Below, in pieces: positions 23,840 through 38,710 of a DNA stretch of 64,000 bases. Position 1 is the stretch's first letter, and each line of letters opens with the position of its first letter. The stretch is taken from contig JAQGDQ010000942.1 of the NCBI GenBank assembly GCA_030141605.1, forward strand, positions 14,764-78,763, written 5' to 3'. This stretch comes from Tubiluchus corallicola. Taxonomy: Eukaryota; Animalia; Priapulida. A program made the translations under genes and the position numbers. The notes beneath the pieces are model-generated. The model worked only from the letters and a program-made list of their open reading frames with translations, searched no databases and was not told where the DNA came from.

Positions 23840-25975
23840 ACAGGGTTCCTTAGGTGCTGCCTACTTCTTCCTCTTTTTTCTTTTATCAATAAATTTGTTA
23901 CACGTTTCCCTGTTGCTCTTCTCCACGATAGTCGATTCTTGCATTCATCCAGAACTTCACCACATTTCAAAGTGCCTTTACGGGAATCCTTGTATCTTAG
24001 CTTAGTGCCTCCAATGGGGTGTGTCACTTGTGTTAGTTCCCCACACAGAAGGGCTTTCACTGGTCTCTCATTATCCATTCTAGAAGCATTGCCCAGCCAG
24101 CGCACTCTACTTTCCAATTTGATTTCGATGTCTTCAACACCTGCAAGAGTTAAAACTTCATCGTTACTAATGTAATCATCCCATTTGATTTTCAAGATTT
24201 GTGTCAAGTGACTTTGTTGTACAGTGCGAAGCTGTCTGACCTGGTGATGATAAAGAGACCAAGTTTACCCCCCCCCCGTAAATTAGTAATGGCATCAGGC
24301 ACTGGTTTTAAAGTTTGATTTTCGTTGACTAAGTGAGTTCATGTGAGTCGAAAACTCTACTTCGTAGTTTTCCATTTGCACAGGACACTACTTGGATGCA
24401 TGACGTAAGCTCTTCTTTCATCGCATATTTTTCTTCGGTTACATAACTACCGAGGTACTTGAAACGGTTTATATTCTTCAGTTTTTCACTGTGTATGAAA
24501 AGCTCGACTAGAAGTCCCGTGCAGATGGTTTCAGTTTTAGTAATGTTGATGGAGAGGCCCATCTTTTTAGCCATTTAGTTGTACGCTGCAATCAAAAGCT
24601 GCAGACCGATAGCGGAATCGGCGTACTGTGCCTCTCTGATGTATTCCGTGAAGAATTTGGTCTTACATTTGAGTCTAATGAAATCAAATTAGTCACCGTT
24701 ATATCTAAACCTGATTTCAGTGCTGTATTGGTGGCGTATGGTTTTGTAGGCGAGCCATAATAAAACCACAGCATAAATACCATATAGGGTAGGTGCTAAT
24801 TTATGTTCAAAAGGTTCTGTCAATTCGCTGCCAACGGTGAGTCTAGCGTGAACATTTGACTACAGCTTCTTGATTATCCATATGAGCTTTGGGGGACAAC
24901 CAAGCTTTCCCAAAATTTTATAGAGCAGATACCGATTCATCATATCAAACGCCTTGGTGAAGTCAACAAAGGCAGTGTAGGTGTCCCTTCGTTGTTCTCT
25001 TTATTTTTCCATCAGTTGTCTGAGGATAAAAATACCATCGATGGTGCTTCTGCCATCTTGATAACCACAACGAGGTTGAGGATATACTATTTCAGCTAGT
25101 CGTTCTCTGTAGAAAGCTCTCGTTCTCTGCAAACACCTTTTCAACAATGCTAAGGAGGGATATACCTCTACAATTGCCACACTGACTTTTGGGTTTTGAA
25201 TAGTTTCATGATGTTGGGATCAGTCATGTCAGACGGGATAACTACTAAAGTCCAGAAAATGGTGATTTCTCAAAGCGAGGACCTCCAAGAACTTCAGGTA
25301 ACACACCATCCGGACCAGGACTTTGACCGAGTCTGTTGTTCTTGAGCACTTGATCCAACTCAGCTTCCGTTATTGGTGCATCTAATGATTCATCTATAGG
25401 ATGCTGTTCAATTTCTTCCACAATGGTTATATGTACTTCAGAAGGTTGGTTCAACAGTTCACTGAAATGTTCCACCCATCTATCTTTAATTTCTTCAGAG
25501 GAGGTGAGAAGAATGCCATTTTTCGACCGTACTGGATGTGAACTGCTGGATCTTGGAATTTAAACTTCATTTAATGTTGCATTTTCGATGATTCTTTACC
25601 TGTGTAAACTGCTCTGCATCTTCCGGTTTTTTGGAACCAATTGTTTTTTAAAGTTCTGATGCGGTCTCTGAGAGCCTTTCTATTGAGTTTCTTGTCTCTC
25701 AAAAGCTGTTGTATCTCTTCGTCTCTTCATCGAACCAGTCGTTAGAGGCTTTCTTCTTCTTGCCAAAGGTGAGTCCTGCTGCTTCTTGCAGGAGAATTTT
25801 AAATTCTTCCCCGTCCTTGCTGCATTCAAAAGCTTTTCGAGCTTATCTCTCCTTTCCCTGGTCATGCATTTATCAAGCTTCTTTGGAGGTTTCACACCTT
25901 TTTTCTTCTGCTTAGTAAGGATAGCCTTACTAAACACACTCCAATCACTGCGATATAGTAACACTCATCAAGCTG
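23840..25975 (-). mobile_element. Decayed RTE-clade LINE (ORF2)
   Basis: RWVEHFSELLNQPS, SPGPDGV, GRSTIDGIFILRQL.EK..EQR..Y.AFVDFTKAFD, FKYLGS, ILKIKW.DYI.N.EVL..AG, RW.G...RM...R..K.LL.GEL..G.R.KD; many stops and frameshifts. Confidence 0.9.
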
Positions 25976-26049
25976 CCGACTGTTAAGCACACAAAACTGC
26001 CAAAAATCCAAACTGCTATAGCAAAATCATACTGTTTTTCATTGAGTTA

Positions 26050-27450
26050 TTTAGTAAGATTTTGCCATAGGAAACTCTTACTGTTTTCATATGGGTGTTT
26101 TTTAAGATTTTCGTATCGCAAAATCTTACTAGTTTTCATTGAGTTATCATTATTTAATTATTTATTTATTCTCCGCCACTTTAACGCTTAGTAACTCATA
26201 AGCCTTTGCATGCTAGGATCACCAAACTCTGGATTGGTAGCACTGGGTGGGGGACGTACAACAGATTGACAAACACTGACCACTGGGCAAGGGAGAAGGG
26301 CATTTGGGTATTGGTTATTTTTTTCATTTAGGTCGCATCTTCCCCTAAGGCTTTCGGTTTTTTCCAATTTTTTTTACTATTTTGGCACTGTGGGGCAGGG
26401 GTGCGCCAGGGGTTTTAAACATTGGCAAGTTTTAAATGCCTGAAGGAGGGTGTTGGGAGCTAGTAGATTTTTGTGGTACGGGGTGCAAATCTTTACCTCC
26501 CAACTCATCCACAAATCTGACTAACCTGTCGCGTCATCTTTTATTCACACTAAAAGGGTTGTGCAATATATATGGGCGGTTGTTGTCCTACAATTTTTCA
26601 GTGATGACGCAGGTTGCAGCACCAATCAAACATGAACTAACGATTGGCTCACAAGGCTTTGTGGTTGACTTGCTCAGGATACGTCCACAACATCTGGACA
26701 CTGGTGGCTAGTCACGCTTCTCCTTGTAGTTTAGAATTTGGCACATCGTAGAGAGTTTCAACATCTCATCAGTGTGAATAAAGCTCCATCCACAACATCA
26801 AAACTGAGGTAGTTTGGTATCACCACTGATAGTCTTTTCATAATGGATCAGTCAAACAGCAGATGTGCACAAGTTTAGTGCCTCAGAGACTCTTATAACC
26901 AAGATTAGTATTTTAACCATTTTTTGTAAACTAAAGATGAAGTTAAATGTTAAAGCATTTTGGCTGCTTTCAGATTCAGCAGTCACACTGTACTCTCCTG
27001 GATATCTGTGTCATGCACTTTCCAAGATCATGTTATGCATGGATAGGTTATAGTATTATGAAAGGAGGGGTGATAGGTAGGAAGCCCTTCCCACAGATTA
27101 TACTACAGCAAGATCTAGTTTAGCTATGTGTAAGAACCTTACAGAGGGACAAAAACACAAAATTTGGGGTCACCCAATTGGTGACTTTTTACATGCTGAG
27201 AGCTAGGAAAAAACTCACAGGGTACACTTATGGTCAAAGTTGTCTATGTATATATGTGACCGGATTTGCCGGGTCAAAGGTCACAGAGCGGGCGGGTCTT
27301 CATATATTTTTCTCTTTGATCCATCTGTTCCCATGGTTTTTGAGCTCAGGCGATAATATTTGGTATGTGATTAGGTAGGGCAAGGGATAAGTAACGTGCT
27401 AAGGATAATCATATTTGATTACCGCTATCACAGCGAATTTAATATTTTAT
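26050..27450 (+). mobile_element. Non-autonomous Helentron/HINE-like element
   Basis: 5' short inverted repeats (agtaagattttgc...aaaatcttact, duplicated), then an (ATT)-rich tract. Internal caccaaact and ggtcaaaggtca motifs. 3' hairpin cgct-atcac-agcg followed by a T/A-rich end. Architecture-based call. Confidence 0.45.
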
Positions 27451-27489
27451 GTGACAATAAAGTATTTAAAGTATTACTATTTTTACTAC

Positions 27490-27602
27490 TAGGTACGTAA
27501 GGTAAGCAGGTAGGTAGGTAGGTAGGTAGGTAGGTAGGTAGGTAGGTAGGTAGGTAGGTAGGTAGGTTGGTAAGTAGGTAGGTAGGTAGATAAGTAGGTA
27601 GG
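27490..27602. repeat. (GGTA)n microsatellite
   Basis: Direct inspection. Confidence 0.95.
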
Positions 27603-28343
27603 ACTTAGATAAGATCGTAAAAAGAAGATTGTATATCCAGCAGTTCCTTTGCTTTAAATATTGTCTGTGCTGGTTAACATTCAAATGTGGTCCAGAGTGC
27701 GTCCAAGGGTTCCGGACTCCTCCCATTTCACGTGACGGGGGTCCCATTTGCCTTGAAAAGACGTAAAATTAAACTCAATACTGCAGGAAGCCGCGTTCTT
27801 GCAGCCAAACGCAATACAATATACTTTGTTTATTTACTCAATGAGTAAAAACTATTACACATTACTATAAAATGCGTTCTACATACATACAAAGCAATAA
27901 AATTGACAAAAGTAGAGAGTGAAGCAAAAACTTATGTTTTCGATCCACAAAAAAGCAAAATGCAAAATCCTGTGGTTGTGAACACACTAGTATGAGTTAT
28001 GGTCCAAATAGTGCAGAATGGAATCACGGTAAACTAGTGGACGTTTTTGAGACTGTGTCAAAAACTGTGGTAAGATTCTGTGACAGAAGATGCTTTAACT
28101 GACAGCTTTTGTATTGTATTTGCAAATAAAAATTGTTAATTACTTTAATTAACGTAACAGACCGTTAATTACGGAAGGTCTTCTGATGAAAAATTTACAA
28201 TAACCACAACAAACTTTTATGACACGTGGTAGAATAATTGTTCCAGCACAAAAGCACACTGGCTATTTGGGTTCAGATATTATCACGTTGCGACGACATC
28301 CTACTAGTGCACAAGTGCGTTCGAGTCACAAAAATTCTGATTC

Positions 28344-29615
28344 TGTTATGAATTTATTTTGAAATGAGAAATTAATTAGAAAATTAATTGATAAGAATTT
28401 GGAACTACATTAATCGTAATAGATTAGCTAGTAAACAAAGCTAATGCCGTTAGACCATAAGTGACTCACTCAGCTTGTATCGTGAATTTAATGAGTTAAG
28501 TTGTATAAATCGTAGAATATGGAAATATTAAATAAGCGCGGTAGACCTGCAGCACAAACGAACTCTACCGTTATTAGCCCAGATAGTTCAGAATACGGTG
28601 GTACGGAGAAGAGCAACTTCCTAAATCGAATGACCACTGGTCAGAAGGCTTATTGTACAAAATAGGTGACTTCCACCAACAATAATTAGCCCACCGACTC
28701 AGGCTATATGCTCTAAGCCCTGGGACAATAAATTGCAGTCTTCTCAGTATAACCGAGTACCATCAAAATGATGGGTACCATCTTTGAATAGGCAGCCAAT
28801 GAGCTCTTCAACATGTCACTGGCTAAATGTCATGTCAAGTGACCTTCGATTCAAAAGCCAGTGCAGAGAGCTCTGGTGGGTTGTTGATGCTTGGATTGCG
28901 AGAGAAGCAGAGCTGCCGAGAATGCGAGACGATCTTGGAGACGAGTCTCTTCTTTTGCTCAGCGTGGAGAGGAATTCTACGTCGTTTGTAAATCAAACCT
29001 CTGAAGCTAAGATTCTTGATTAGGAGTCTGGATCTGACCAATTACAGTTGTTAGATTGGCCAGGCCACACGTTAAGTGACTTTACGATTATTTTTAGTTA
29101 GTGTAACGTTTATACTTGCTAATAATAATTTGTAATTTGTGCACAAGAAGTGCAAGCATAACAGTATAATAAATAAGTGTTGATCGGTATATTGTTTGTA
29201 ATCTACCGCTTCTAGTTGTAAGAATCTACCAGCTCATAAGTTAAATATTCGCCAACGTGAAATCCTAGACTTGTTTAATATTTGGAACTCATTTTAATAA
29301 AACTTTCATCACTGTTAATGATCGTTGAATTGCTTTGCTATACTAGAAGTAATCAAACAACATTCTCGTTAAACACACTATAAGTCGTTTGCAGAAATAA
29401 GCGAGCGATAATTCTGATTAGTGCCTTCACGCAGGGCCACTAATTATAATGTCCTGGATTGTTACATCCTGCTATGCTCTCTGTCGTCTTCTTATTAACT
29501 TTGCATTTAGCATCTCCCTAAATCAGGCCCAGAGCAGATAGTAAAAGTTCTGATTCCAGTACTGAGTTTCTGAGCTGATAGTACACTGTAATTACTACAC
29601 AATTGTTTCTCAACA
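28344..29615 (+). mobile_element. Solo LTR-like element, family A copy 2
   Basis: Starts TGTTATGAATTTATTTTGAAAT, identical to the start at 2227, and shares internal blocks. Probable end CAACA at 29615 (flanks attc/tttc). 3' boundary uncertain. Confidence 0.65.
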
Positions 29616-29619
29616 TTTC

Positions 29620-30067
29620 CTTTAGATGCCCTATGGGTGACCCCAGAATCCACCAATTTTCTTGATCTTGGTCATACGGTTGACATGCATTTTATGCAAA
29701 GGTTACCAAAAGTCTAAGATGAAGGACACTTTTTTCCAAAATAACGAAAATTAAGTCATTTGTCAAAGACACGAAATGTCAAATATCGAAACTGGAAGCT
29801 TTGGTGTACCCGACCCCCTCGATTTTGGTTTATTGCTCCCCAAAAAATTTTCTGTATGCAAATGGCTCATATTCAGCCATGCACAACAACACGGCACCTC
29901 CTAGCCACATACCAAAAATTTAGGCTAAAAAACTGTAGGAGGAAAAAAGCTAGTGTCCTGTGAGTTTTGTGACCCTAGCCCCGTGCGTGTATGAGTTGTT
30001 AAAGAAACAAAAAGGCATAAATAATAATAATAATAGTAATAATAATAATATTAATAATAATAATAAC

Positions 30068-30103
<36 letters not shown>

Positions 30104-30160
30104 AAAACCAAGGGTAAAACAAGAGCATTCTGCTGTAAACAGAATCTTAATAAATAAATA
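29620..30160 (-). mobile_element. HINE-like non-autonomous element containing an (AAT)n tract (30021-30100)
   Basis: cataccaaaaattt...aaaaactgtaggagga...(AAT)n...terminal hairpin attctg-ctgtaaa-cagaat. Same architecture as 26050-27450, opposite orientation. Confidence 0.4.
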
Positions 30161-30868
30161 AAAATAAAAACCACGGGAAAATCAATGTGTAGGAATGTCA
30201 AAAGTAAATTTCTGGTAACTAATCCGAATGCAAAAACATCAAACATCCATACACAATACTCATATACATTTTAGCCTTAGGCCTACTCTACATTCACGGA
30301 GAACTGCCGTCAAAAGATAAGACGGCCTTAATTTTGTCCTTGGCTGATCGGTTGGCTTTGCCTGGAGTAGCAGGCGAGCTTACAGCAAGCAGTTTCCATA
30401 TAAACCCAGATATTGTTTTCGTGTTTCTGCTACCATACATGTACAATGAGGCAACGAAAATTATTGTAGGGTCATTATAAATTTCCACAGTTTTAGCAAT
30501 AACCAGGTTTCAGGATTGCTATAGATTTGAATTGGTGTTTTGTGACTGCCGCATACATACTTGCAGCGGTAAGGCAGCTGGTGTAAAAGCACCGCAAAAA
30601 GACACTTTACTAATAATAAAACAACTAAATTTACAGTGTAAACACGGATTTATCTATGCGGGACATTACCACTTAGAAAAAGATCTGAGTCCTGCATGAA
30701 ATTGTAAACGAGCTTTTATTTATTAGTATTACACGTAAATATAAAACATTCCATTAAACCATTTCACAGATGAATCAACAAAGGAAAAACTATGATTGCA
30801 TTCATGTAGTTATATCACATCATAGACAATAAAACTTTTATTATAGATAGTGTATTTGAAAGATTATA

Positions 30869-33800
30869 TTATAATGACATAAAAGCTGGCATATAGCTTT
30901 TTGCATGTTTTAGAGCTAGCGTCTCATATTTTACACCAAAGCGACCAAACACTAACAAGTTCGTTTTTGAGTTTCTGATTACTGAACAAAAACTTTGTAG
31001 TTTTGGTTTGTGTGCATATTTTGACAAAATGTCTGCTGTAAAAGCTTGCTTTAGTTGTCTGCTTTTGCGTTCTTGTTTATAACTACGATTCTTCTGTTGC
31101 ATTCGAGTGTGAATCAAAAACGCATTGTCAAGAATGTGAAAGTTGTAATCTTCCAGGCACATCTCAAATAGTTGCTGCATTTTATTGAATCCAAATCCTC
31201 GAAACCTTTCATCATACATAGGAACATTGTTGTCACCTTCAAAAATGTAAATATTGTCAGAAGTTTTCGATAAAAATGGAAAAGTTTCTATACACAATTG
31301 TGTATGGTATTTACTGCAGGTAATAACAAATATGCCAAAATGCATATTTTATAAAGAGTCACATATAGGGACTGTGGTATCTGTCATTCATGTTGCATGG
31401 AATTGTAACTATAACTCCAACAGGACTACCGACAAGAATTTGATTATTGTCACCCAGGCCTAATGATGAAGATAATGGTTGTATGACATCAATATACATT
31501 ACAGGAAAGCATTAATTCAACCACAGCTGCACGTTGAGCTTTTACAAAATCGACATGCACTTCCGGAGGATCACCTCATTATGTGTCACGCAAACATTAA
31601 TAGCCTAAAAATATTAAACTCGTAAAACCATTTGAAATATTTAACAAGAATTCAGTAGATGTGTCCGTGATATCTCAGACCGAACTAGAAAAAAGCATTT
31701 TGAACAGCCCGCCAACAAATTGTTACTACAAAGTGGTTGCAGAGATGCAAATTAATCTATTGGTGACGTAGATATGTACGTGCGAAACCAACAGTTACTA
31801 CATCAGATCATTTCCTAAGTAATCAGCCCTAAATCGCGTCATTTTGATGACATTCCCTGTACAATTTACAATGTAATTTGCTGACTCATAACCGTGTTCC
31901 CAAAATAGCTGCAAAGTGACGAAAATGTACTTCAAAATAGTTTTTATTATTTTCTGCACATATTGTATCGCAAGCATAACATGTGAACAAACTTGTGAAG
32001 AACAATGTTGTAAGTGGCTCTTCGTAAATATCTTATGAGATATTGCAAAAAAGAAACAACTTTTATTAAAAAATTTAACTCCTTAAGGACTGTAAGCTTT
32101 TGGTGCTTTTTGCATGAGTTCATGAAAAACTGCTCTCACTAAGCAGCGGTTACATTTAATATTTATTTGTAGTTTTCTACTGCTTATACAATGGATACCG
32201 CATGTTGACGAATAAATTCAAAAAAAATTCAGTAAATGCATGTTGGAGTGCCTGAAAGGGGCGTGTTTTTCCAATTAACTTTATCCAATTAAATCACATA
32301 TAAATGCTTAAACAAATAAAATGATTGGAAAGCCACTATTGCCCTGAATAGAACAGTACCTAATTTGTAATCATTTAGTTATGTCTGTGCACATACAGTA
32401 TCAGCAAAGTCATAGGTCTCATAAGACCTACTATGAATGCTGCTGACGGAGTAAAGATATGAAATGTTAAAACACGTGGCATATTCAGGCTACAATCATC
32501 TTCAGTGTGATATTATGAAAACTAAACCTATTCACTCCTAATTACGTATTTAAAAGGAAGCCAATTGGCCTGTGGAAAAGAGAGCGATACAATAAAGCTA
32601 TAGTTAGGTGCATGTAAGCAAAGTTAAAGGAATTGAACTATTCGGCACATTAAGAGAAGGCCTGTTAGAATACATTGATAAACTTCATTTCATTAAAGAT
32701 GGAAGCCCTCTCAAGAAAATTAAGTGCTACAAACCCGGAAAAATCTGGTAGTCTTTCTAGGTGGTCATTGGTCTGGAGGCATAACGGAAATTAGAGGCAA
32801 CTATGCATCATAACTGGTAGCAGAATCTGTAGGAGAACGTGTACATTATTGTACTAGACTGAGCCGTGACGTGATTACGGAGACGACGTACCCGTGAAAG
32901 ACTAGACAGAGTTTCGCCAAAACTTCGAGGGTGACATCAGTTTGAGTTGGTTGAAGTCTTGCAGAACCATCTGATGGTGACAGTAAACCAAATCAAAGGT
33001 TAAGGATGAACTTCTCTATAAAGGCTATCACATGAGAGTGAATATTGATTTATGAATAATGCTGTTGCTCATCCAAATGTACCACTACACGTTCTCAGTG
33101 ATAGTTTGCATGAACTAACTTGAACTAGGCGGTTTTCGTGTCCAGTGATCATGTTTATGAGTGAAGTTCTGTCATTCCAAAACAGTTAACATACTTACAA
33201 ATGTAAACAGGCTCCCATCGTGGAGGTATCCATTTACTGACAAAAAATGTCTCTAGTTGATTTGGTGTTTCTATATTTTGCCATAGCTCATAATATGGGA
33301 TAGTATGGCAGCTTGAGCATGTTTCCTGAAAGGAAAGCAACATGGTAAATAATTTTGCGATATGAAAAATTTTCGATTTCGACTGTCAGGCAATTTTTTG
33401 AACCGTCAGACGAATTTTTAAGAAGAATAGTGAATAAGGAGAATAGAGGAAGAGAACTCAGCTTATAGTAATTTGAAAGTAACTGTAACATTACAAACAA
33501 TTGGTATTACAGAATGCTAAATTCAATTTTCAATAATTAAAAGGCATGCAATTTGTCTTGGTTGCTTACTGCAGATTTTGCGTAAAGCAGAAATTACGCT
33601 TTTGTGACAACAATGTGCAAAAAAATCAAACATTCAGACACATGCAGCATCATTGCTCCAACATGCTGATCAACATGCTTCTATCAGAGCCACTTTCTTT
33701 GGCGAAGCTTCATAATGTGTTTACTGAATTTCCCCATAGTGAAAATCATTTAGGTGATCAGTCATTGAAATTAGCATCACTAACCATCATGATATAAGTT

Positions 33801-35603
33801 TTGTTTAGCGGAGATGTTCGTTGTCTATTCCCATGCCAAGTACGTTATAAGATGGATGTACTGATGTTGCTTTTAACAAAACTTTTAAATCTTAGTTAAT
33901 AGGAATCGGGGATAACTGACTGAATATAACTACTTGACAACAGCAAACAAAGCTTGTCGCCTTTATGTTACAAATAGCACACAATTTGATGATCTGATTG
34001 AATTTGCCACAAGGTGAATGTATATTGCGTGGTTTTGTAGTCTCTATCAAATTTACCTTGCAAAATCAAATTAATTTCATCTGTTTTGACGTAAGTAATC
34101 TTCATATTTTTAAAATAATTTCTTCGCCCAATTATATTGGTTGCCTGTTCATTTTGCTTTATATCATAAAAAAACTCTGTTTCTCTGGTCTTGCTGTCTA
34201 ATACCTAATAGAATATTTTGAGGCTCTCATAGTATTAACGTATATAATAGTATCATTAGTATTAAATTTTTACATTGATCTTATTATTTTGTAATACCAA
34301 TGAAACTAACAAAATGGTTTGTAAAAATTGCTACTGTTTTAGGAAACAGAATAAAATCAGTTTCAAATCATCAGCCGCTAAGTGTCAGTTGAAAATCGAA
34401 AATCTTTAGTAAAAAGACGAATTTGAATATTGCAATTATTGGTTTTTAATTCTTTTGGTTGTAAGTGTTACCCGGTATGTCTTCATTAATTTCTTATCAC
34501 TGTTTTGCATAATAAGTACTTGAGATTTTTCTCTGATTTTGCAATTAGTTTTGAAATCTATATGACTTGTTATATTCCTGTCTTACTGCCAAAAATACCT
34601 GATGGAATATTTGTGCCTTGTGCTTGCTGATCAATTTCAATAGTTGAAGTTTATCTTCTGGTAACTGTTCATCCTCAGAAATTTCAAAAACTGGTAAAAC
34701 ATAAACAGATTTTGCAGTTTCTTTGCTTTTTCTCCTACTCATCATCCGTATAAATTGTTCCATAAGATCCATTGAAGGCTTTAGTTCAACGTCTATTAGT
34801 AAGACGTATTTTGTATCAACTGCCAGTCGAGCTGTATTACGTCCCACGTTAATCGGATAAAGACCATAGTCAGTTATGTCTGGTTCATTGGATAGAGGCA
34901 ATGATAAGTTTATTTCGCGTCCACCGTAAAACATACCCTTAGTGTACGGAACAGCAGTTTCTGGAAAAAATAAGGAAATTGTTACTTGTTCCATAAATTT
35001 GGGATAACACTTTCTCATATATGAGACAGAGTTTATAACGAAGTCAAAGTTGTCACCAGGCACATACAATGCTGCTGATATAGGTCCATTGTGTCTTTCT
35101 GTTAACTGAAGCAAATGATGTAAGTACTGCCAAGAGCATTGTGTAGCTATTGTCAATGCTTCACGAGGAAACTGCTTTGTGGCAGGTATGAACCTCAATA
35201 CCTTTTCAAACATCACATACTGGTTAGCAGAATTATCGTAAAAAACTGAGACTATAGCATTTTGAAATTTTACTTTTGCAAAATGCAGTTTTTTAGTTGA
35301 ATTGTGTTTGTTCACGGACGATAATTCCACTGTCCCACTTCCTTCGCCATTTTCTTTATTTGTAGAAATGCATGAAAATTGCACTAGATTTTCTAACGCT
35401 ACAAAGTTAAAGAATTTTTTATTGTCAATCGTCATGTGGATTGAAAATTCACCAAACTTTCTATCACTAGAACCATGATCACTTAGGTGAGTAAAAACAC
35501 TAAGGTATGTAAAAACGAAAAGAAGTGAAATCATTTTTACAAATTTTCTAGATCCATTTTTGATTTTTCTTGCAGGAAATGCCTTGAAGCAGCTGAAAGA
35601 CAT
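30869..35603 (-). CDS. B4GAT1: Beta-1,4-glucuronyltransferase 1-like (GT49, B4GAT1/LARGE GlcA-transferase family), 3 exons, 499 aa
   Basis: Exons 35603-34599, 33325-33199, 31236-30869 (1500 nt, phases 0 and 1, canonical GT-AG). TM segment MISLLFVFTYLSVFTHL. Motifs LTIATQ, GPISAALY, YPINVGRNTAR, VLLIDVELKPS, VYVLPVFE, IFHQETCSSCH, WEPVYI, PMYDERF.GFGFNKMQQ.FEMC...Y.F.ILDNAFLIH are diagnostic of GT49. The symbol denotes family. Confidence 0.92.
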
Positions 35604-36366
35604 TGTGGTTACAGATAAAAATTTGTCACGTATTTATCTATATAAAATATTGAGATCACGAAATTTGGAAAGCAATGAACCATTTTAAATCACGTCGTGT
35701 TTGAAAAACGCGATCTGAAATTGATTTTTTTCTTTCTGTTAATACAACTTTTTGTTGCTCGTCGAATTTCCACTATCTACTTGCAGATCTTTTGCAAGTC
35801 ACGAAAGTCAAAACACCAAAACAACGTTCACAAAGACAAGACATTATTACGTTACAAAAGTATAAATTATCAGCAAGTTAAGAATGGCAGATTTTCTATG
35901 GCTTATTGCAGTCAAACATGAGAAATCTGTCTTATGGTTTTGTAAAACTTAATTTTTTTCGCATTAAACTTGCAAAAATATTAAACTATCCGAAAAGTAT
36001 AATTTCTGTGTGTGAATATACATATTATTTTGTACATACTGACGAAAGTGATTTGTACTGCTTTCCACTGTAAACAATTTATATATTAGGTTCAACTGAC
36101 TTTTGTTGAATCCTGTGAACTAAGTTATTGTATTAATTTTATCGCCTATTATGTGCAAATTCGTTTTGTGTAATACTGATTTGCCACACATTTAATTTCG
36201 CAACGTTACACGAATTTCTATGGAGCATCCGAAGGGCAACAATGAGGAAAACCACTAAATAAATTAGTATCTCGTGCGCATGAAGTACTAATTGTGGCCA
36301 CGAATATTATAAATCCGTGCACACTTAGTAATTACGTACATGGAATTACCAAATGTAATTACAGAT

Positions 36367-37530
36367 TTATTTTGATGACTGTTTCATTATATTTGTTTTT
36401 GGAAGGGGGAGTACATAGTTTTCGACTGAATATCTTGTGTAATGATCATGTAGATTTGAAACTGGACTAAAGTATGACTGAAAAGCTGGTGGAAGTAGTG
36501 AATTATTATAGTGATACATGAAATGAAGCCAATACATGTCATATATTTCTTTCACTTTAAGAGTTTTAACAGACAAATAAATTATCTTTGTGGGATGGTC
36601 ATACCTTACATGATATATTAGTTTGAGAATTTTGTTCTGGGTAAATTGTAAAGCTACCAGATTACTTTTATATACACCACCCCAAGACATGACACCATAT
36701 ATTAGATATGGGTAGACTAAACTGTAATAAATTTTCATCAATGTTTCTCTATTAACAAACTTGCGTAATTTATAGATGATTCCCAAGGTTTTACTCAATT
36801 TATGCTTTGTTATACTTATTTGGTACTTCCAGTCTAGGTGCTCATCAAGAAATATTCCCAAATATTTAACATGTGACTTTTTTCAACAATAACATTAATA
36901 AGAACTATGGTCATATTTCTTGATGGTGTTCTCCTTTTCTTTTTTAGAAGCATGAAGTTAGATTTATTAATATTCAATGAGAGCTTATTGACATTCAACC
37001 ATTCTGTTACTTTATTTAACTGGGTATTCATAACACTCTCCAAGTTATCTATATTTGAATCACTTAAAAAAATATTTGTGTCGTCTGCAAAAAGTCTGAA
37101 GATTAAATTTGAGCAACTTAGTGGCATATCATTTATATATAGAAGAAATAAAAGTGGTCCTAGAGTAGAACCTTGGGGAACACCATGCTTAATTGGAAGT
37201 GTATTGGATTTACATCCATTTAGTTCGACATACTTGAGACGATCACAAAGATAACTTTTGAACCATGATTGAGCTGAATGTCTTATACCATAATAATGCA
37301 ATTTGTCTAGAAGAATACAATGATTTACCGTATCAAATGCCTTTGATAAATCTATAAACAGACCGCAGACGTACTAATCATTATCAAGCGCCTCTGCAAT
37401 TTTAATAGTTATTTCAATTAATGCTAATGCTGTTGAATGAGACTTTCGAAAACCGAATTGATTGTCATATAAAACTTTGTTTTATATATGAAAAGAGGAC
37501 AGTTGATTAAATGCGATTTTTTCAAGTATT
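36367..37530 (-). mobile_element. 5'-truncated CR1/L2-type LINE (RT core to ORF2 end)
   Basis: [69 protein letters not shown]...WG; frameshifted. Confidence 0.95.
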
Positions 37531-38710
37531 TTAGCAGCAAATCGCTAATCATTCATCCAGCAGTAAAACTAGGTCGACAACTATATAGTCACACAGGTAA
37601 AACACGCATAGGTAAAACTAGGCTGTGACTGAAGTTCAAACAATGATGTGAAGGTCAGGCCCATCCCAGGTACCTAATTTAAATGTGCTTAAACTAGCAG
37701 AAGGAAAACAGCTAAATGTTACATCATAATTCAAAGCATTACAAATAGGAATAATAATAAAGTAAGTTAAGTCTCACTAAGGCAATATTGAAAGAAATAT
37801 AAACAAACTAACCAGCAGACCCAGGAATGTCAACTAATTTTTTGTTACTGTTATTCATTCATTTAGTCGGAGAACAGGTATAAATACTGTATCACATGAA
37901 ATTCCTTGAGCAAGCGTATATAAACCCATTCTTGGTAAAACGGTGTAACAATAATTTAACAACTACCTCAAGACTAATTGAAAAGTTAAAGGCTTGTATC
38001 GTTAAGTCTACCACGAAAACTAGTTATTTTACACGACTTTATCTTATTCAAGTATATCACATTGGCAATACATTTTAACAAACAGTAATAGTTAAATGAT
38101 TAATAATATCCAGAATTCCATTTCAGACAATTGTTGTCCGCTGCATAGTAGTAAAAAAATTCAAAATGGCACATCATGGCACTCTGAAAAGTATCCAATG
38201 GATAGTCCCTAAACATGATTACTTTGACCAAGTTTATTTCTGCCAGGCTAGTTTCTTTTCTTGCTGTAAGTTTTTGTCTATTACAGTGTAGGCCTACTAC
38301 TCTTGTCAAACCACACCCAAAAACCTGATTAAACAAGTTCCACCACATTTCCGCATCACACAGCTTACTGTAGTACAGCTTAAATAACCATAGTGATTAT
38401 CAAAATAGTATCTATTGCATCATTCTAGTTGGACAACTGTAGCCCACTGTTGGTAGAATGTGACTCATCCCATTTGATCTTGGCCAAAAATATGCCAGCA
38501 TCCGACATTTTAATATATCTTTTTTGTTTTGTTAGCTTAAATATTCCCCAGTTTATTTAATGAGTAATACTTATCGTCTTTACATAATCCTCATCAGGTA
38601 TTCCAACACGTATTCAAAAATGAGCAAAAAATTTTGGCTAAAGTAGACTTTGGACTTTGTAAAGTTGGATTTTGGATATTGGAGATTGACGGGCAGGAAT
38701 GTTTAATTAC

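Noticed and set aside
31540-31830. Weak AP-endonuclease-like remnant (CHANINSL) in the GT49 intron
   Set aside because: Too decayed to delimit; probably LINE debris.
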